From positions 36,768,001 to 36,828,000 of the forward strand of contig CM119372.1 in assembly GCA_051294905.1 (NCBI GenBank): 60,000 bases of DNA. Direction: 5' to 3'. This document shows, piece after piece, positions 36,901-49,938 of this stretch. The DNA comes from Botryllus schlosseri. Its lineage: Eukaryota. The position numbers and the translations under genes are program-made. Numbering within the stretch: the stretch's first letter is position 1; each line of letters starts with the position of its first letter. The notes under the pieces are model-generated. The model saw only the letters and a program-made list of their open reading frames with translations, had not been told where the DNA came from and ran no database searches.

Positions 36901-39251
36901 CTCGAGATAACGCCAAGGCGGGTCCGTAGATATTCACTCCCATGTATAATAAGGTTTGCAACATGAAACCATTTGTAGCAATCATGCGCACCGTTCGCCC
37001 GAATCGCCTCTCCAAGTACTATAAAATTGTGCAAACAGTCAATTTTACGAATTATCAAGACTTCCGATCCGTGCAAACATACTAACCTCATAGGCGCTTG
37101 ATATTCTCAAATTATAGAGCACCGGTAGAATAATAAACCCAACAAACGGCCCTGTGACGCAAATAAGCGCTACAATGCACCTGGTGTAATAAGAGATTTG
37201 GTTAGTTACGTACATGGTCATCATTATTTTACAAGCTTGATTGATGTATTTGAGGGATGGAATATTTTTCAAGGAACGAAATAATCTCGCGTATCTAGAG
37301 CCCAATTAGGTCTATAGGCAATACCAAGGGCATCAACCCTTGGAATACCCAATCAATAGGAGTCACATAGGCTACCATCATATTCAGCAATTATCTTGCT
37401 ACTGATTATAAATACCATTAATAATTGCACATTGTGTATGTGATTGACAGCTCACAAGACTGCTACTTCGTGTACGAGTTGCCAGAAGATCGCATGCGCT
37501 GCGCGCATATTTGAAAGTATATATCGATTCCTTCCGAGAATTCAGGATACTCGTTGCGTAACGAACATTCAAGCAATTTTAATGCAAGTGGATTCTATTT
37601 ATCGCTTCCGTCTCGCATGCTGTACGCCAGCAAACATAAGAGCCGCGCCGCGATGGTTCTTCTCCTCTCTCTACTCTTCTCTCCACCTCTCTTCTCAGGG
37701 TTCGAATCTGTATTCGATACTGTAGTGTCTTACTGAGGCATGCAATGAATGAGGGTCGTCCTATAATTCTCACAGGTTCGGAAAAATTACAATTAAAGTC
37801 AGCCTGACCAAAGGCAAGTGAATTTATCTCGAAAAAAATTCTAATGAAACCTACCAAATCCATAGGTTGGACAGTTATATTGTATTCGTACATATTTATC
37901 TGGAAAAGTGTCATACCTGATTGACATTTCAGGCCGTATAGTAATAAAAATGATCTACGACGCATGGGTTCGGGTCAGGGCATGAATTTATTATTTCTAA
38001 ATTTTCTTACACATGCTCCTCTGAAATATTATATATAAACGGCCAAAGCGATTTTCTTTTTGCTTACCATGAATAGACAATACCAAAATAATATATATCC
38101 GCTGGCGTACTGATGATAGTTACTGCTGACTTGAAGTTAACTGCAATTGATATAGCAACCGGCAGAAAGTTCATTGATCTGAAAACATACTGGTTTCGTT
38201 TGATTGGGTGTTAACTACAGAAATATAGTATGTTGACTTGCGAAGTTGGAGTAATTGTAATAGATGCTAATACTGAATCGTAATATGGCTTATAAATTTC
38301 TGTAATTGCCACCTAAATTTTGAAGTAATTCTAATCGAATATTAGGTTTGAACCGAATCGATTATTCGAGTATCATAGCAGTGTGGAAGTAGCGGAAACT
38401 TTGAATACGTAACTTTTATCGGGTCAAAGAAAAACTATTGCCAATTCTTAAACACATTAAGGATAATTTTATATTTTTTGACGATATCTTTCTCAGTAGT
38501 CAAGACGATTTAAAATGTTTGGACGTAATCGATTTTTATATATGTTGGCACTAATCTACTTCAGTAGTCTAACTTTTCAGTATCGTGGTCCCCCTGAGTA
38601 ACTATAATTTCCATCACGCCCCCCTCCCGACATAACACGACGACTTGACCATGATTTATTGTTATTATATATAGTTTCTGTTGAGGGTTACATAGGGTGG
38701 TGGCAAGTTCCACAGTTGCAACATCAATCGATTGCAAGTTCGAGTACGACTCCACTAATACTAAGTGTTGAAAGTTGATCTAGTCTTCTCCTTGTCATCT
38801 GATCCACGTTAATGGTGTCTTACAAAAAGCCTAGAACGAAAGTGCGTCGTGCTATGAATCATAATAAGAAATATCGGTCTGGTCAAAAATGACCACAGCA
38901 GTCAACAACCATGAATTCCAAAACAAATCATAGTTATAATTTTCCCTTTTTAATATTTTATGAATAATTTATCATGGTAGAAACGTAGATTTGATTGATT
39001 GGTAGAATAGCCGCTAGGAAGGTTGCAACTTGGCATGAATAACAATTTAGTCCGAAATGACCCAAGATAGACCCCAGTCTATACAAAAAAGGTACGAGTT
39101 ACCTGTTTGCTAGTAGGTAGCCTTCAGTGCCCTGCTTCCGTTTTCTTCCTTTATGCGCGTGATATATACCGATACAGGTGGAGCAAGTAAGCATTAGAGC
39201 TACGACAATGTAGTCAGCTGTCGCTAATTTCCGTGTCTCGATCTTTGCCAT
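36901..39251 (-). CDS. SLC5 sodium:solute symporter (SLC5A8/SLC5A12-like), exons 1-4 only
   Basis: Exons 39251-39103 ([35 protein letters not shown]), 38178-38068 ([33 protein letters not shown]), 37180-37087 (..[15 protein letters not shown]), 37018-36901 ([23 protein letters not shown]); GT-AG boundaries, consistent phases. Confidence 0.9.
38760..38935 (+). repeat. Old interspersed repeat (SINE-like); related copies at ~1650-1830, ~7045-7130, ~35230-35340
   Basis: Motifs shared among subsets of the copies: TAGG/TCTTCTC..CGCCATCT, AAAAGCCTAG, AAAAATGACCACAG(C/T)AGTC; the 35230 copy has an upstream GGTTCGAGTC B-box. Confidence 0.55.
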
Positions 39252-41039
39252 TTGGGCGATGGAACAGTGTGTCTTCGAACAACTTCAGATTTCAATAGCT
39301 ATCTAAAAAAATGCCTACCTGAATATGCCATGATGTCTATTAACAAGATTCTGACTAGACCTATTCGATACCCATAAACTATTTCCTAGTTCGGTGTTTC
39401 GAGGTTTACACGTAGATTTGCTTAGGACCACAGCAATATTGACGTGACCACGCTGTATACGATTGCTCCTGGGTGATATGAGCATTGGATTGTGAAACAT
39501 GGTTTCTACTATCTCGATAGTTTTGTAACGAAGACAGACGAATAAAACAATACATGATGCAGGGTCGAAGTAAATGCAAATGCTCTTTAGCTCATGTAAA
39601 TGCTTGACTTTATGGTGTCACACATTGCTGCATCGATGTATTTTTACAAGGATTTTTCTGCGTATACCGGAAATCTATTGTTATTTCCTATGCTGCAAAT
39701 TGTCAATCTCGAAGCCCCCCCCCCACACACACACACAGACACGCGCGCGCGTGCATAGACCTGCTCCGGGTCTACAAACGGATTCGAGAGACTCCGTTTG
39801 GGTACTAATATTTATGGCAAATCGATTGCAGATGCTCTAGTAGCAGATTTGAACTGATTTCACAAATAAATAATACTTAGGTAGTAGTAACAAATAATAT
39901 ATAAATGGTGAATAAATAATACAAAAATCTATAAAATTTAACTATGGTATACATCCTAATTTCCCGGCTGAATTTGGATACAGAAAGTTGAGATTTGAAA
40001 TCCACGAAGTGCCTACTCTATATTTCAAATCAGCCACGCAGATATCATCGTGAATTTTAGTTATCCGTCTCCAACCATCTGAAATCAAATACAAATCTGC
40101 TATGTAATCTGTACAGACGCAACTTAAACGCGTGCCATGAAACAGTGCTCATTCCGAAAGGACGGAATTCGAATGGCTTTGTGTGTCGTTCAATAAATTA
40201 ATTGACACATAGGCAGATTTTCGATTGCTATTTCATGTCGCTACTGTGGTGATTGAATAACAGTTATGCAAAGTTTATGCATTGTCGAATCACGTCTCGG
40301 TAACACCCGACTAGCATTATATCGTCTTGGAAAGAGATTTGCGGCAGGCATACTGCACGCTTTACAATATCAATCTACATTACGATGTGTCACAAGCGCT
40401 AAAACAAGTTGCATGGAGTTCGACGATTTTATGGCGGTATAGCAGTGTTTCTGATATGATAATAATATAACTAATTGTGAAAAGAGGCGTATAATTTAAA
40501 TATTAAAAAAAAAATACTCTCACTATACTCTACTTACCCACGAATCATTACAATTAACATTCAATTCAAACTCAAGTACACCAATCAATGCGTCCAACAT
40601 ATTACTACGTGGTACACATTCATCACTAATACGCTAAATCAGCGTTAGTTGCATCTCGTACCGCCTGCTTTGGTGCTTCGTACCCAAGGAGTTGAACGTT
40701 CTCTCATGTACTGTGTACCCCTTGACAAGAACCCCTGCGGTAGAGGGCACGAGATTACAACTTGAAACAAGATATGTTTCAGGGGTGGCCAACCTGCGGC
40801 TGTAGAGGTGAGGTTAGGTGAGCACTGTGCCCAGTCTACAGAGCAGAGATATATTCGCACTAGATTAATTTACTTATAATTTACGATAACGTAAGCTGTA
40901 ACCTTTGATCACTTTTTGTGATGGCAATTTATTTGCGATATATACCAATGAAGACTTAGCAAAACGCACAGTATTGAATCGAATAATCCGAACATTATAC
41001 AAGATACTGAGATTTATTCGACACCGATTATACTTGAAG

Positions 41040-41217
41040 ACTTGAAATTGACTCGTAAATTTTTCTCCGAGTCACGAGTCAATCCACATTTTTGAAAAGA
41101 CGAGTCAAGTTAGGTCATTTTTGCAAAGTGGCTCGAGTCAAGTCAAGTCACACGAAAAAGTTGACTCGAATCTGACTCGAGTCAAGTCAAGTCATGACTT
41201 GAGTCATCCCAACACTG
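41040..41217 (-). mobile_element. Terminal fragment of GACTCGAGTC-family hAT MITE
   Basis: Ends GAGTCATCCCAACACTG, the reverse complement of the 29992 start. Confidence 0.7.
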
Positions 41218-42699
41218 GTAATTATGTCGCGTAAATCACGTAAGGTGCGACAAAATATTTCAAGAAATATAAAACTTGCCCAAAAGACTCTGTTCTATGT
41301 TGATTCACGAAATAATATTGTGTCGTACACGAGCTTTTTCAATTCTGTAAACTTATACATGTTTCACGACAAACATGATTATAATAAGGGTTGCATTTAA
41401 TACAAAAATCAATTAAAAAAAAAACATGTTCAAAACAAGGCCCTTGTTTAAAACATGTTTTTTATTGTTTTTTAGTTTTTTCTAAACCATGACGTCACGA
41501 ATATTCGATTGTGACGCCATAGTGGATTGACATTGACAATTGAAAATATAAGATAAATATAGCTCCTTTGACAAAGTATCTGCACTTCTGCTGTTGAACC
41601 GACTATTTGAGGGTTTCAACCATCCCATATCGATATAAGTTAGCTATATCGGGTGGTAATTTTCCGTAGGCTCATACAACATGTTATTTGGAAAGGACTT
41701 ATACAATTGTGGCATATTTTTACAACTTAAAAGAAAACACAATTTATTTTTAAAAGGCCTTTGTTTCAAACACTGTTTAAAACTAAGTATACGTCTTGCG
41801 AGTATTGTGCGGGATGACGTGGAGTGCCTCAACGACATGCCTGCTTACACTGTATAGAGCAGAGGTCTCAAACTCAAATGTGCTCGCGGGCCAATTTCCT
41901 AGTTTTCGATGACGCCGCGGGTCGCAGCATCAATATAATAGGTACATTCAATGTATAATTTCCAAGTAGGCCTTATTTGACTGGACCTTGCAGAACGGCA
42001 TTCTGCAAACATCGTGCTGGAAATGTATTTACTATCGTAACATTCACGCTTGACACGGAAAAAATCACATCTTCAAATATTTGAATAAAATTGTTTTGTG
42101 GCGGGCATAATTTTTTAATTATTGAGCTATAAACATCATACGAGAGGATGCACCATGACATCGTGAAGGGCTATAATATTGCATTTATAGTGGACCTTTG
42201 ACGTGCCACAATGTTATGTGGAATATTTTAAAATCTACAGAAGATTGATGTGATATCACAGCACTTGAGCGGTGTAGCCTAATTCTGGCTTTGATGTAGT
42301 CATGATAAGTATAGGCTATTGTTACTGTCATAAACAAATATAATCATTATTGAGCCATAGTAATGGTATTGCTTCTTTTTAGCGATTGTGCCCCTTGTGC
42401 TTCCAATGAGATTTCTCGTAGCCCCTGTACATTTTCTGCACGATTTCCGATGGTACCTATATTAAAATCAGAAATCGCCTTCACATAAAATCGAGCGTAG
42501 CTTGAAGACTATTCATATATAGGCTTAATTCCACAATGCATCTGGTACATCATGTAGAAGATTGGGTCTACGGAGCCTGGATACGAACCCCTGGAATAGA
42601 AACGTCCAATCGGCGAAGAATTCATTGGTGTTACAGCTGTAGCGCGTTATGCTAACTTACTCGCCATCGATAATAACATGGATAACGAGATATGATATT

Positions 42700-43180
42700 C
42701 TTTTTTGCCTGCATCACCGAGATGCTTTGACGACGGAGTTGCGATACGGCCGTGAGATCATCTAGTCTGCGCCCCCCGTGTTTTTTGTCCTCTATGCTAT
42801 CCGTGATTGCTGAGCGCCTAGCAGGATAGCTGCGGATACCAATTTTCGAGTCTTTGGTATGACCCGGCCAGGGATAGAATTCACGACCTACCGATCGAGA
42901 AGCCGGACGCATAACCATTACACTATCTCGATCGGTGGGAGATGACATTTTTTTTCGCCTGCATCCTCGAAATGTTTCGACGACGGAGACGCGATACGAC
43001 CGTGAGGTCACCTAGTCTGCGACCCCATTTTTTCTCCTTAACGCTATCTGTGATTGCTGAGCGCCTTGCAGGATAGCTGCGGCTACCAATTTTTGAGTCA
43101 TTAGTTTGACCCGGCCGGGGATAGAACCCACGACCTACCGATCGAGAAGCTGGACGCATCACCATTACACTATCTCGCTC
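42700..43180 (-). mobile_element. Head-to-tail pair of tRNA-derived SINEs (Meta-domain-like core)
   Basis: Two ~235-bp copies (42700-42936, 42947-43180): A-box TAGTGTAATGG, B-box-like G(G/A)(G/A)TTCTATCCC, core GGGTCATACCAAAGACTCGAAAATTGGTATCCGCAGCTATCCTGCTAGGCGCTCAGCA, A-rich tail. MetaSINE assignment is from recollection of the core, not a search. Confidence 0.8.
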
Positions 43181-43319
43181 GTGTGCCACCCTGCATGTCA
43201 CCAACTATACGTCACGGGGGTCACAAAATGCCAAGGGTTGCCACGTTGACCTGATTAAATAGCTATATACCAGGGTTGTCCATAATTTGGAAAATCTCGA
43301 AAAAGATGCGTATCCATGT

Positions 43320-45359
43320 CAGACATGGGATAATCGCGATTAGTAATCGTAATCGATTACGACGATTACAGCATTTTCAAGTAATCGTAATCGCAATCGA
43401 TCACATTCGAAAAAATCCCGAAGTAACCGTAATCGTAATCGACTACTTCCCATATTTAATCGATTTCTTTGTGAAATAACGATTACTTTTTATTCGTACA
43501 AGGACTGCGACATAAACTGAACACTCGTGAACAAGGAAGAGCTATTATACCAGTTATTGAGAGCACAAACGTCTGATTTTCAAATGCCACTGCTCATTAT
43601 TACGTCAGAGGTGGCCTATTAGCTTTGCTCGTCTTTGCGTAGGAAGTGTCCACTGTCCACGCATAGTAAATAGATATTCGATGTACATTAGTGTGGTTGT
43701 AATAACAAGTAACCCACCGTGCTGCATATCGGTTTATCAATACATTTCAGACGCCAGTGCCTCGCATCAGGATAATTAATCATAATCACCTCTCTGCCTA
43801 AGTTAAAATAGCAACTTTTGTATTGATGATTGGTTATGGTTATGCTTGGTTAAACTACAGAATGTAGTAGTTCTAATTCTATAGTTAAATGCAGTTTCAC
43901 CGTTGCTGCTTGGCGAGCAGCAGGCCTATATGGTACGAACGTACAGCAGACAAAGGTTTAAAATTTTGTGCTCGTCAAATAAAACATTACGGTTTCCACA
44001 ACGAAGCATTAAAATCAACAGCTGCTGATATATATCATAACTTGGCCGTTGTTTTGCCGTTTCCCGTAATGGCAGTTTGCATTACATTATCTGCATTAAG
44101 TTGAAGGCAGAATTTTACGTTCACTTTCTGTTGTTCTCATATTATTCTACTCGAAACGGGCGCCAATCGCTATTTTACAATTCTACACTGTACATGTGGA
44201 CCTGCCGGCATCGCCATCGGCTTATATACCTTGTTAGCGTGGGTTGTAGCTAGAATCAGGATCGAAACAGCAAAAGCTTCCCCCAACCAAACGTTGGTCT
44301 TGGGCCCCTATAGGGTATAGTCAATTTTGAAGTTGAAGATTTAATTTCGTCAATAATATTGGTAATTGCATTATATTGCATTTTTAATCCTATCTCAGCG
44401 CCCGATGGTCAGATTTACCTGAAGAGCGCGGGGGGGGGGGGCGTAATTCATAAATATTTATAACATCTGGTATCTTGCAATAATTACGTTATTGTATGTT
44501 GTTAATTCATGACCTCCGGTCTGTTATATAGCCGAAAGATATTGATTGTAGTGGCCCAAATAGCAGACTAAAAAAAATTGCGAGAGACGCACACACAAAT
44601 TGTCATGTCTAATGCTCTGTGGGTGCTGCCCGGGTGGCATTTGCATCGTGGGCTCGGATTGGAAGGAATGGACTGTTAGTCACGCCCACCAAGCGCGGCT
44701 ATTAACAATGGACACATACCCTAAGTTTTGGCCAGTGTCTTTCTTTAATAGCACAATTCGTGGAGTCTTATGTTGGCCGAAACTGCATATGTCTTTTGAT
44801 GTGTCGAGGAGCGGTATTGACTGGCACCTAAATCCCTATTATGCATGCTTTATTTCTTGAGGGGGAGACGTATGCATTTCGAAATCAAGCTATCTAGAGA
44901 CATTTAATTTGCAAAGCTCGAAGAGAAATTCCAAGTTAATGAAATCTCTCGAAAATACGCTATAATTTATGTTGGTTTACAAAATACTTTTGAATCCCCT
45001 CCAACCACGCTTCCCACCCAATTGGGGAATTGGGGGTGCGGCAGTTATGGACCTGGCAAGAATGCAAATCATTGGGTGCGATAAACTGTCCTCTATAGAA
45101 ATGGAAAATGGGTACATTATGACGTAACAAGGACATGTCCCATCTTTTTTAAAGACAGTTGGTATATCATTGGGTCTTTCCATGTATTGTCTTCCAATAT
45201 AACTACTACGATGCAAAATAAATGTAATCGTGAGTAATCGTAATCGTAATCGACTACTTCCCTATTTTGCTGTAATCGTAATCGTAATCGTAATCGCGTG
45301 ATTCAGAAGTAATCGTAATCGCAATCGATTACATTCATGAAGTAATCACCCCATGTCTG
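43320..45359. mobile_element. hAT MITE with GTAATC arrays inserted in the left TIR of 43271 element
   Basis: Ends CAGACATGGG / CCCATGTCTG; TSD ATCCATGT. Confidence 0.9.
44257..45055. mobile_element. CAGGACCGTAAC-family hAT MITE (diverged)
   Basis: CAGGATCGAAAC..AACGTTGGTCTTGGGCCCC / GCGGCAGTTATGGACCTG; TSD GCTAGAAT / GCAAGAAT (7/8). Confidence 0.75.
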
Positions 45360-46082
45360 ATCCATGTCTCATTCTGTAGATTATCAATAAAAAACATCAA
45401 TGAACCTGTAATAAGCTCATAGGAAAGTCCTTAACATTCGTCTAAATGCGTTTGAAAGTAGCTGCCGTAGAGTGGGCGTGTTAGCGACCATAGAACGGCG
45501 AGAAGACTAATAATCACGAAATCACGTCTATTAATTGGTTATTCAGCTATGCTTGAATGATCACGACCACAGCGGCTTGCTGATTATGTGCTTTTATTAG
45601 TCCAAGGAGATTGCTAACAGCAACGATTCTGTAAGCGCATTGTACATTGGTGATTTAGTAATAAAATGAGACATCTGGTCATTGAATGCTTTAGTGTTAA
45701 AACTAGGTAACGATAGGTTTAGAGCAACAATAGCCTCTTACAGGCATAACAGAGGTGAAACAGCGAATGATTGTGCACTTATAGAACTAAGTATAGATCC
45801 AAGAAATACCTATATGATATGCTTGAGATTACGCCAAGTGGTCCTGCTTTTCTGGGTGCAGGTAAGGCATTTTAGACATCACCAAACTGGTGCAGCATAA
45901 CATGTGAGATGGATGCTGGACACAATCCTGTATGCTCAGAAGATATGTGGGCCGACCAGGTAGCTTACATTGGATCTATGAAGAAGAGTGTAACTACCAC
46001 ACCGCTTCAATCCATCCTTTTTATGTCCATGTCTGGTTTGATTCAAGCATTAGTCGTTATGCAGCCGGTATTGATCTGACAT

Positions 46083-48085
46083 CAGTGGCGGTTCGTCCTA
46101 TAGGGCAACTGGGGCATTGCCCCGCCTAAAATTCTGTTCAATAACAATTTAACCATTTATAGACGCACCGCGCTCAATATATACCGAGATCACAGCGAAA
46201 CCCGCGTTCTTCTTGTGCTTTCGCTTGCAAATGCCCATACATAGAGAAGTCTCTGCGAAAATCGAATTCTCTTCTGTGTTTTCGCTTTTGAATGCCTAGC
46301 CGGGGCTTGCCCCGGTAGCGCTCATAACAAGCTTTCACTATCTATTCTCTCAAAGCCGCGCACAATTAAGAAACGGTGATATACTCTCTCCTATTCGTAA
46401 AATGGCCGAGCAACCGGGGCATATATGCCTGTCGCCCCTAAGGTGTGATGTAACAATCGTATCTATGTCTGAACTCGGATACCGTGATATGCGTTGAGTC
46501 GACCTTTGCTGGAATAGGTCGATTTTGATGGTGTTTCACACCATAATAATTCTTGAAACTTGGTATGTCATGTCGTGATGGTGGTATTTAACACTGTCCT
46601 AAGTTTCAGGGTTTCTACTCAAAGTTTAGGGTAGTAATTCCGTTTCCAAAGTCGAGTGTGTGCTGATCCGTCATGTATCGCAAACATATTTCACGCAAAG
46701 CCGGTATTGGTCTCCATTAATTTTAACGATGCTCCTTAGCTAGATCCGTCATGAGCTTTTACATGGTATGTCTTGATTTTAGTATCGAACGCTGTGCCAA
46801 GTCTCAAGGTTGGCACTCAATGATTAGGGCAGCAATTTCGTTATCAAGTTCGAGTATGGTAGAGATGTGCGCTGATCTGACACTTAGCCTACCTAACGCA
46901 TTGCGGATTTCACGCAAAAGCCGGTGTATCTGTGTTCCATACTGAGATAGGTGATGAGATGATGATATCATGAAACAGTTTACTAACATCCTCGGTTTGC
47001 ATTCAAATATTTAGTTATATTTTATATTCTCCAATGTCAATTTCACCGTGGAATGGTGGCCTTCGGGCCATTTGCTCACAATTACAACCCCTGTCAAGCG
47101 CGATAGCTGTTTCGTTTTCGATGGCGGCTAACAGCTCATCGCTTGATCAGCCTATTCCTCAGTAAATTTTACGCAAAATTCGGCGTTGATCAATTCGTAT
47201 TAATTTTGACAGTGTACCATACCGAAAACGGTCATGAGGCTACTTCTCGATGATTTCATGTAACAGTGTACCAAGTTTTCGGCTTTCATCCACGTATTTA
47301 TTCGGTAATATATTTTCCGAAGGCGATTTTGCAGCAGACATATAGACAGTAGACACTATAGACAGTAAGCCGTATGTGTCGTGTGACAATCTCCAGCCTC
47401 AAGGTCAAAATCTCCCAAGCTGTAACGGGACCGAATTTCCGAGGCTGCTATCCGTAGTTCTTCAGAATGATGTTTTGGATTCAATATGACATTTCCTTGT
47501 CCAATCTATGAGATAACAATTGCGTATGTGTCCGAACTCGTTGACCTTTCCAGTAAGGCATACGCAATCTCTCGATTTATAGTCATTTCCATTTCTGCAG
47601 ATAAGTAGTCAGGTCAAGTGCGATCATGAATCGTGTTGAATCTTTGCTCCGTACGCCGTTTAGCCAGCTGCCTTTAGAGCAAAAATTAGAGGTAAAGCGA
47701 CTAGGTCCGTATCAGCCTAGAAATTGCCCATTGGTCCAATCGTACGCCGGAGGAAAACGCACTCGTGCCTTTTCTTCAGCGAATTTCGATAAAAATGAAT
47801 GGCTTACTTATAGCGAGGATAAAAACGCCTTGTTTTGCTTTTACTGTCTTTTATTCGACAGTGCCGGTACCGGAAGCAGTGGCTCTTGTTGGAACAAAAT
47901 TGGTTATCGCGATCTGAAGCATTTGTCAGAGCGTGTGAAAGCGCACCAAAAATCCAAAAATCATTGTTTACGGGAAATTCATGTGACCATCATGAACGTT
48001 GAAAAACGCTACTGTGACGTCATATTGATAACAAGTCGCTTGCGGCCCTTGCCCCATCACCCGATATCGTCACGAGCCGCCACTG
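46083..48085 (+). mobile_element. hAT (ZMYM1/TTF-zinc-finger type) deletion derivative retaining transposase N-terminus
   Basis: TIR CAGTGGCGG(T/C)TCGT / ACGAGCCGCCACTG; TSD TCTGACAT; ORF 47626-48090 has WLTYSEDKNALFCFYCLLF..W..G..D.KHL..H..S..H (TTF-type zinc finger). Confidence 0.9.
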
Positions 48086-49269
48086 TCTGACATTCATTAA
48101 GAACATGTTAAGCAATGCAAGCAAACTGTGTTTTTTGCTGGTCCTACCAGCATAGTCTGTGCTTATCTTTAGACCTCTTTGCCTGGCATCATTGAGCACT
48201 TTGACAGCACTTGCGGGTATGATTCATTATGCTGTAAGAATTTGACAAGTGCCAAGCATAAATGACTGATTCATCCAGCACTTACAGCATTCATGACTTC
48301 AATTATGTACCACGACAACAGCCTAATAAGATCAGACAAAGTAGTGTCAATGTCAAGCTTTATATTTGTATTCCCCTCTGAAACTAGAAATCCGTTTGCC
48401 ACTGGCATAAGCGCCTTTGCACTATTTTTCCGCGTGTTTTTGTGCTTTCCATCAATGAAATCAAGGCATTCAGGCTACAACGGTTACTTTCACAATAAGC
48501 CATCCAGTCATGTATTTAAAGATATTGTGAAGCAGCTGTTCTTAGTTCATCATGTATTTCGTAACTCAACACGTTCTGAATTAATCCTAAATCATTAGTT
48601 GCGGACCAACCTACAATGCACTTACGGAATCACCGCCGTCAGCCGACTCCTTGACGAGCTCATCAACAAGCCGCCAACGTCGTGGTCATTGAAGCATAAC
48701 AGATTAGCCAATCAAACGCCTTGATTTCGTGATTACTAGTCTGCTTGTCGTTCTATGGTCGCTGACACGCCCGCTCTACGGCAGCTACTTTCAAACGCAT
48801 TTAGACTAATGTTAACGACTTTCCTGTGAGCTTATTGCAGGTTCATTGACGTTTTTTAGGTATAATCTATAGAATGAGACATGGATACGCATAAATTTTG
48901 AGATTTTCCAAATTATGGACAACCCTACTATATACCCTACGCAACGCAAGCTACGACATATTACTATTCCCCATGACAGTCTCATACATTGTTGCGTCCG
49001 TAGGATTGCCAAGTCACCGTTCCGAGTTGCAAGTCCTTTTCTGATTTTGACGTTTGACCCGACTCAACTCGAGTCATTTTTATTTAATTACTCAGTCAAT
49101 CCGACATCGAGTAATTTTACGAGAAGGTCGCAACAAACCAAATCACAAATTTCAGTTACGAGTCATCAACGGGTCATGTTTTATCATCATGACCTAGAAA
49201 TGTGACGTAATAGCTGATCTTCTACCACATGGTAGCTTAAATGATGTGATAGTGAAGTTTGTTGAGATT

Positions 49270-49801
49270 TCAGTAGTTTATTCCAGGTCACTGCGGGATT
49301 GGATTCAACGGTATCGCCAATGAACTCATTGAGGAAGCTGCTACGTTTCAAGCAGAACAAATATCCAGTGACATCCCACTCTCCCTTCAAGAAGCCAAAA
49401 TAATAACCAAAGAACTGACTCACACAAAAAACGAATTTGAAACGAATAATCCCGAAAATCTCTACAAGCGAATTCACGTCGCACATGATATCTCGCAGCC
49501 ACTGGGACTATCAAGAAGGGAAACAGCAATATTGTTACGGCTTCAGACTGGATATTGCAAGCTGAACGGGCCCTTAAATAGAATCGGATGTCACGACGAT
49601 GTCAAATGTGCAACATGTGGCATTATAGACACGGTTGAGCATTTCTTATTACAATGTTCTCGATATAGCTCGAAGCGAAACTATTTAAAGGACATAGCAA
49701 TACGAAACCATGTGCCCATAGACATTGTATCACTTCTCGGAAACCCTTACACAATTTTGCCTGTGATCGATTATGCTTTCCTCACCCAGAGGCAACTATA
49801 A
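49270..49801 (+). pseudogene. 3' remnant of RNase H-containing LINE ORF2
   Basis: FIPGHCGIGFNGIANEL (RNase H), then LRLQTGYCKLN..CATCGIIDTVEHFLLQC (CCHC); frameshifted. Confidence 0.8.
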
Positions 49802-49938
49802 TGTAGTAGGAGAATCGGGTGCATATGCTTACAACACTTTGGTCTGGTGCACAAGGCCGTACCCAGCTAGCACGCCCACTTGGTATCCAGGTGGAATTTA
49901 GGTGGTTAGGTGGGATGGATAATCGGAATGGGTTAGTA

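Larger units (their letters stand above)
43271..48927. mobile_element. DNA transposon derivative with ~230-bp TIRs hosting nested insertions
   Basis: CAGGGTTGTCCATAATTTGGAAAATCTC.. mirrored at 48900-48927; TIR continues 45360-45540 vs 48705-48890; TSD CTATATAC. Confidence 0.88.
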
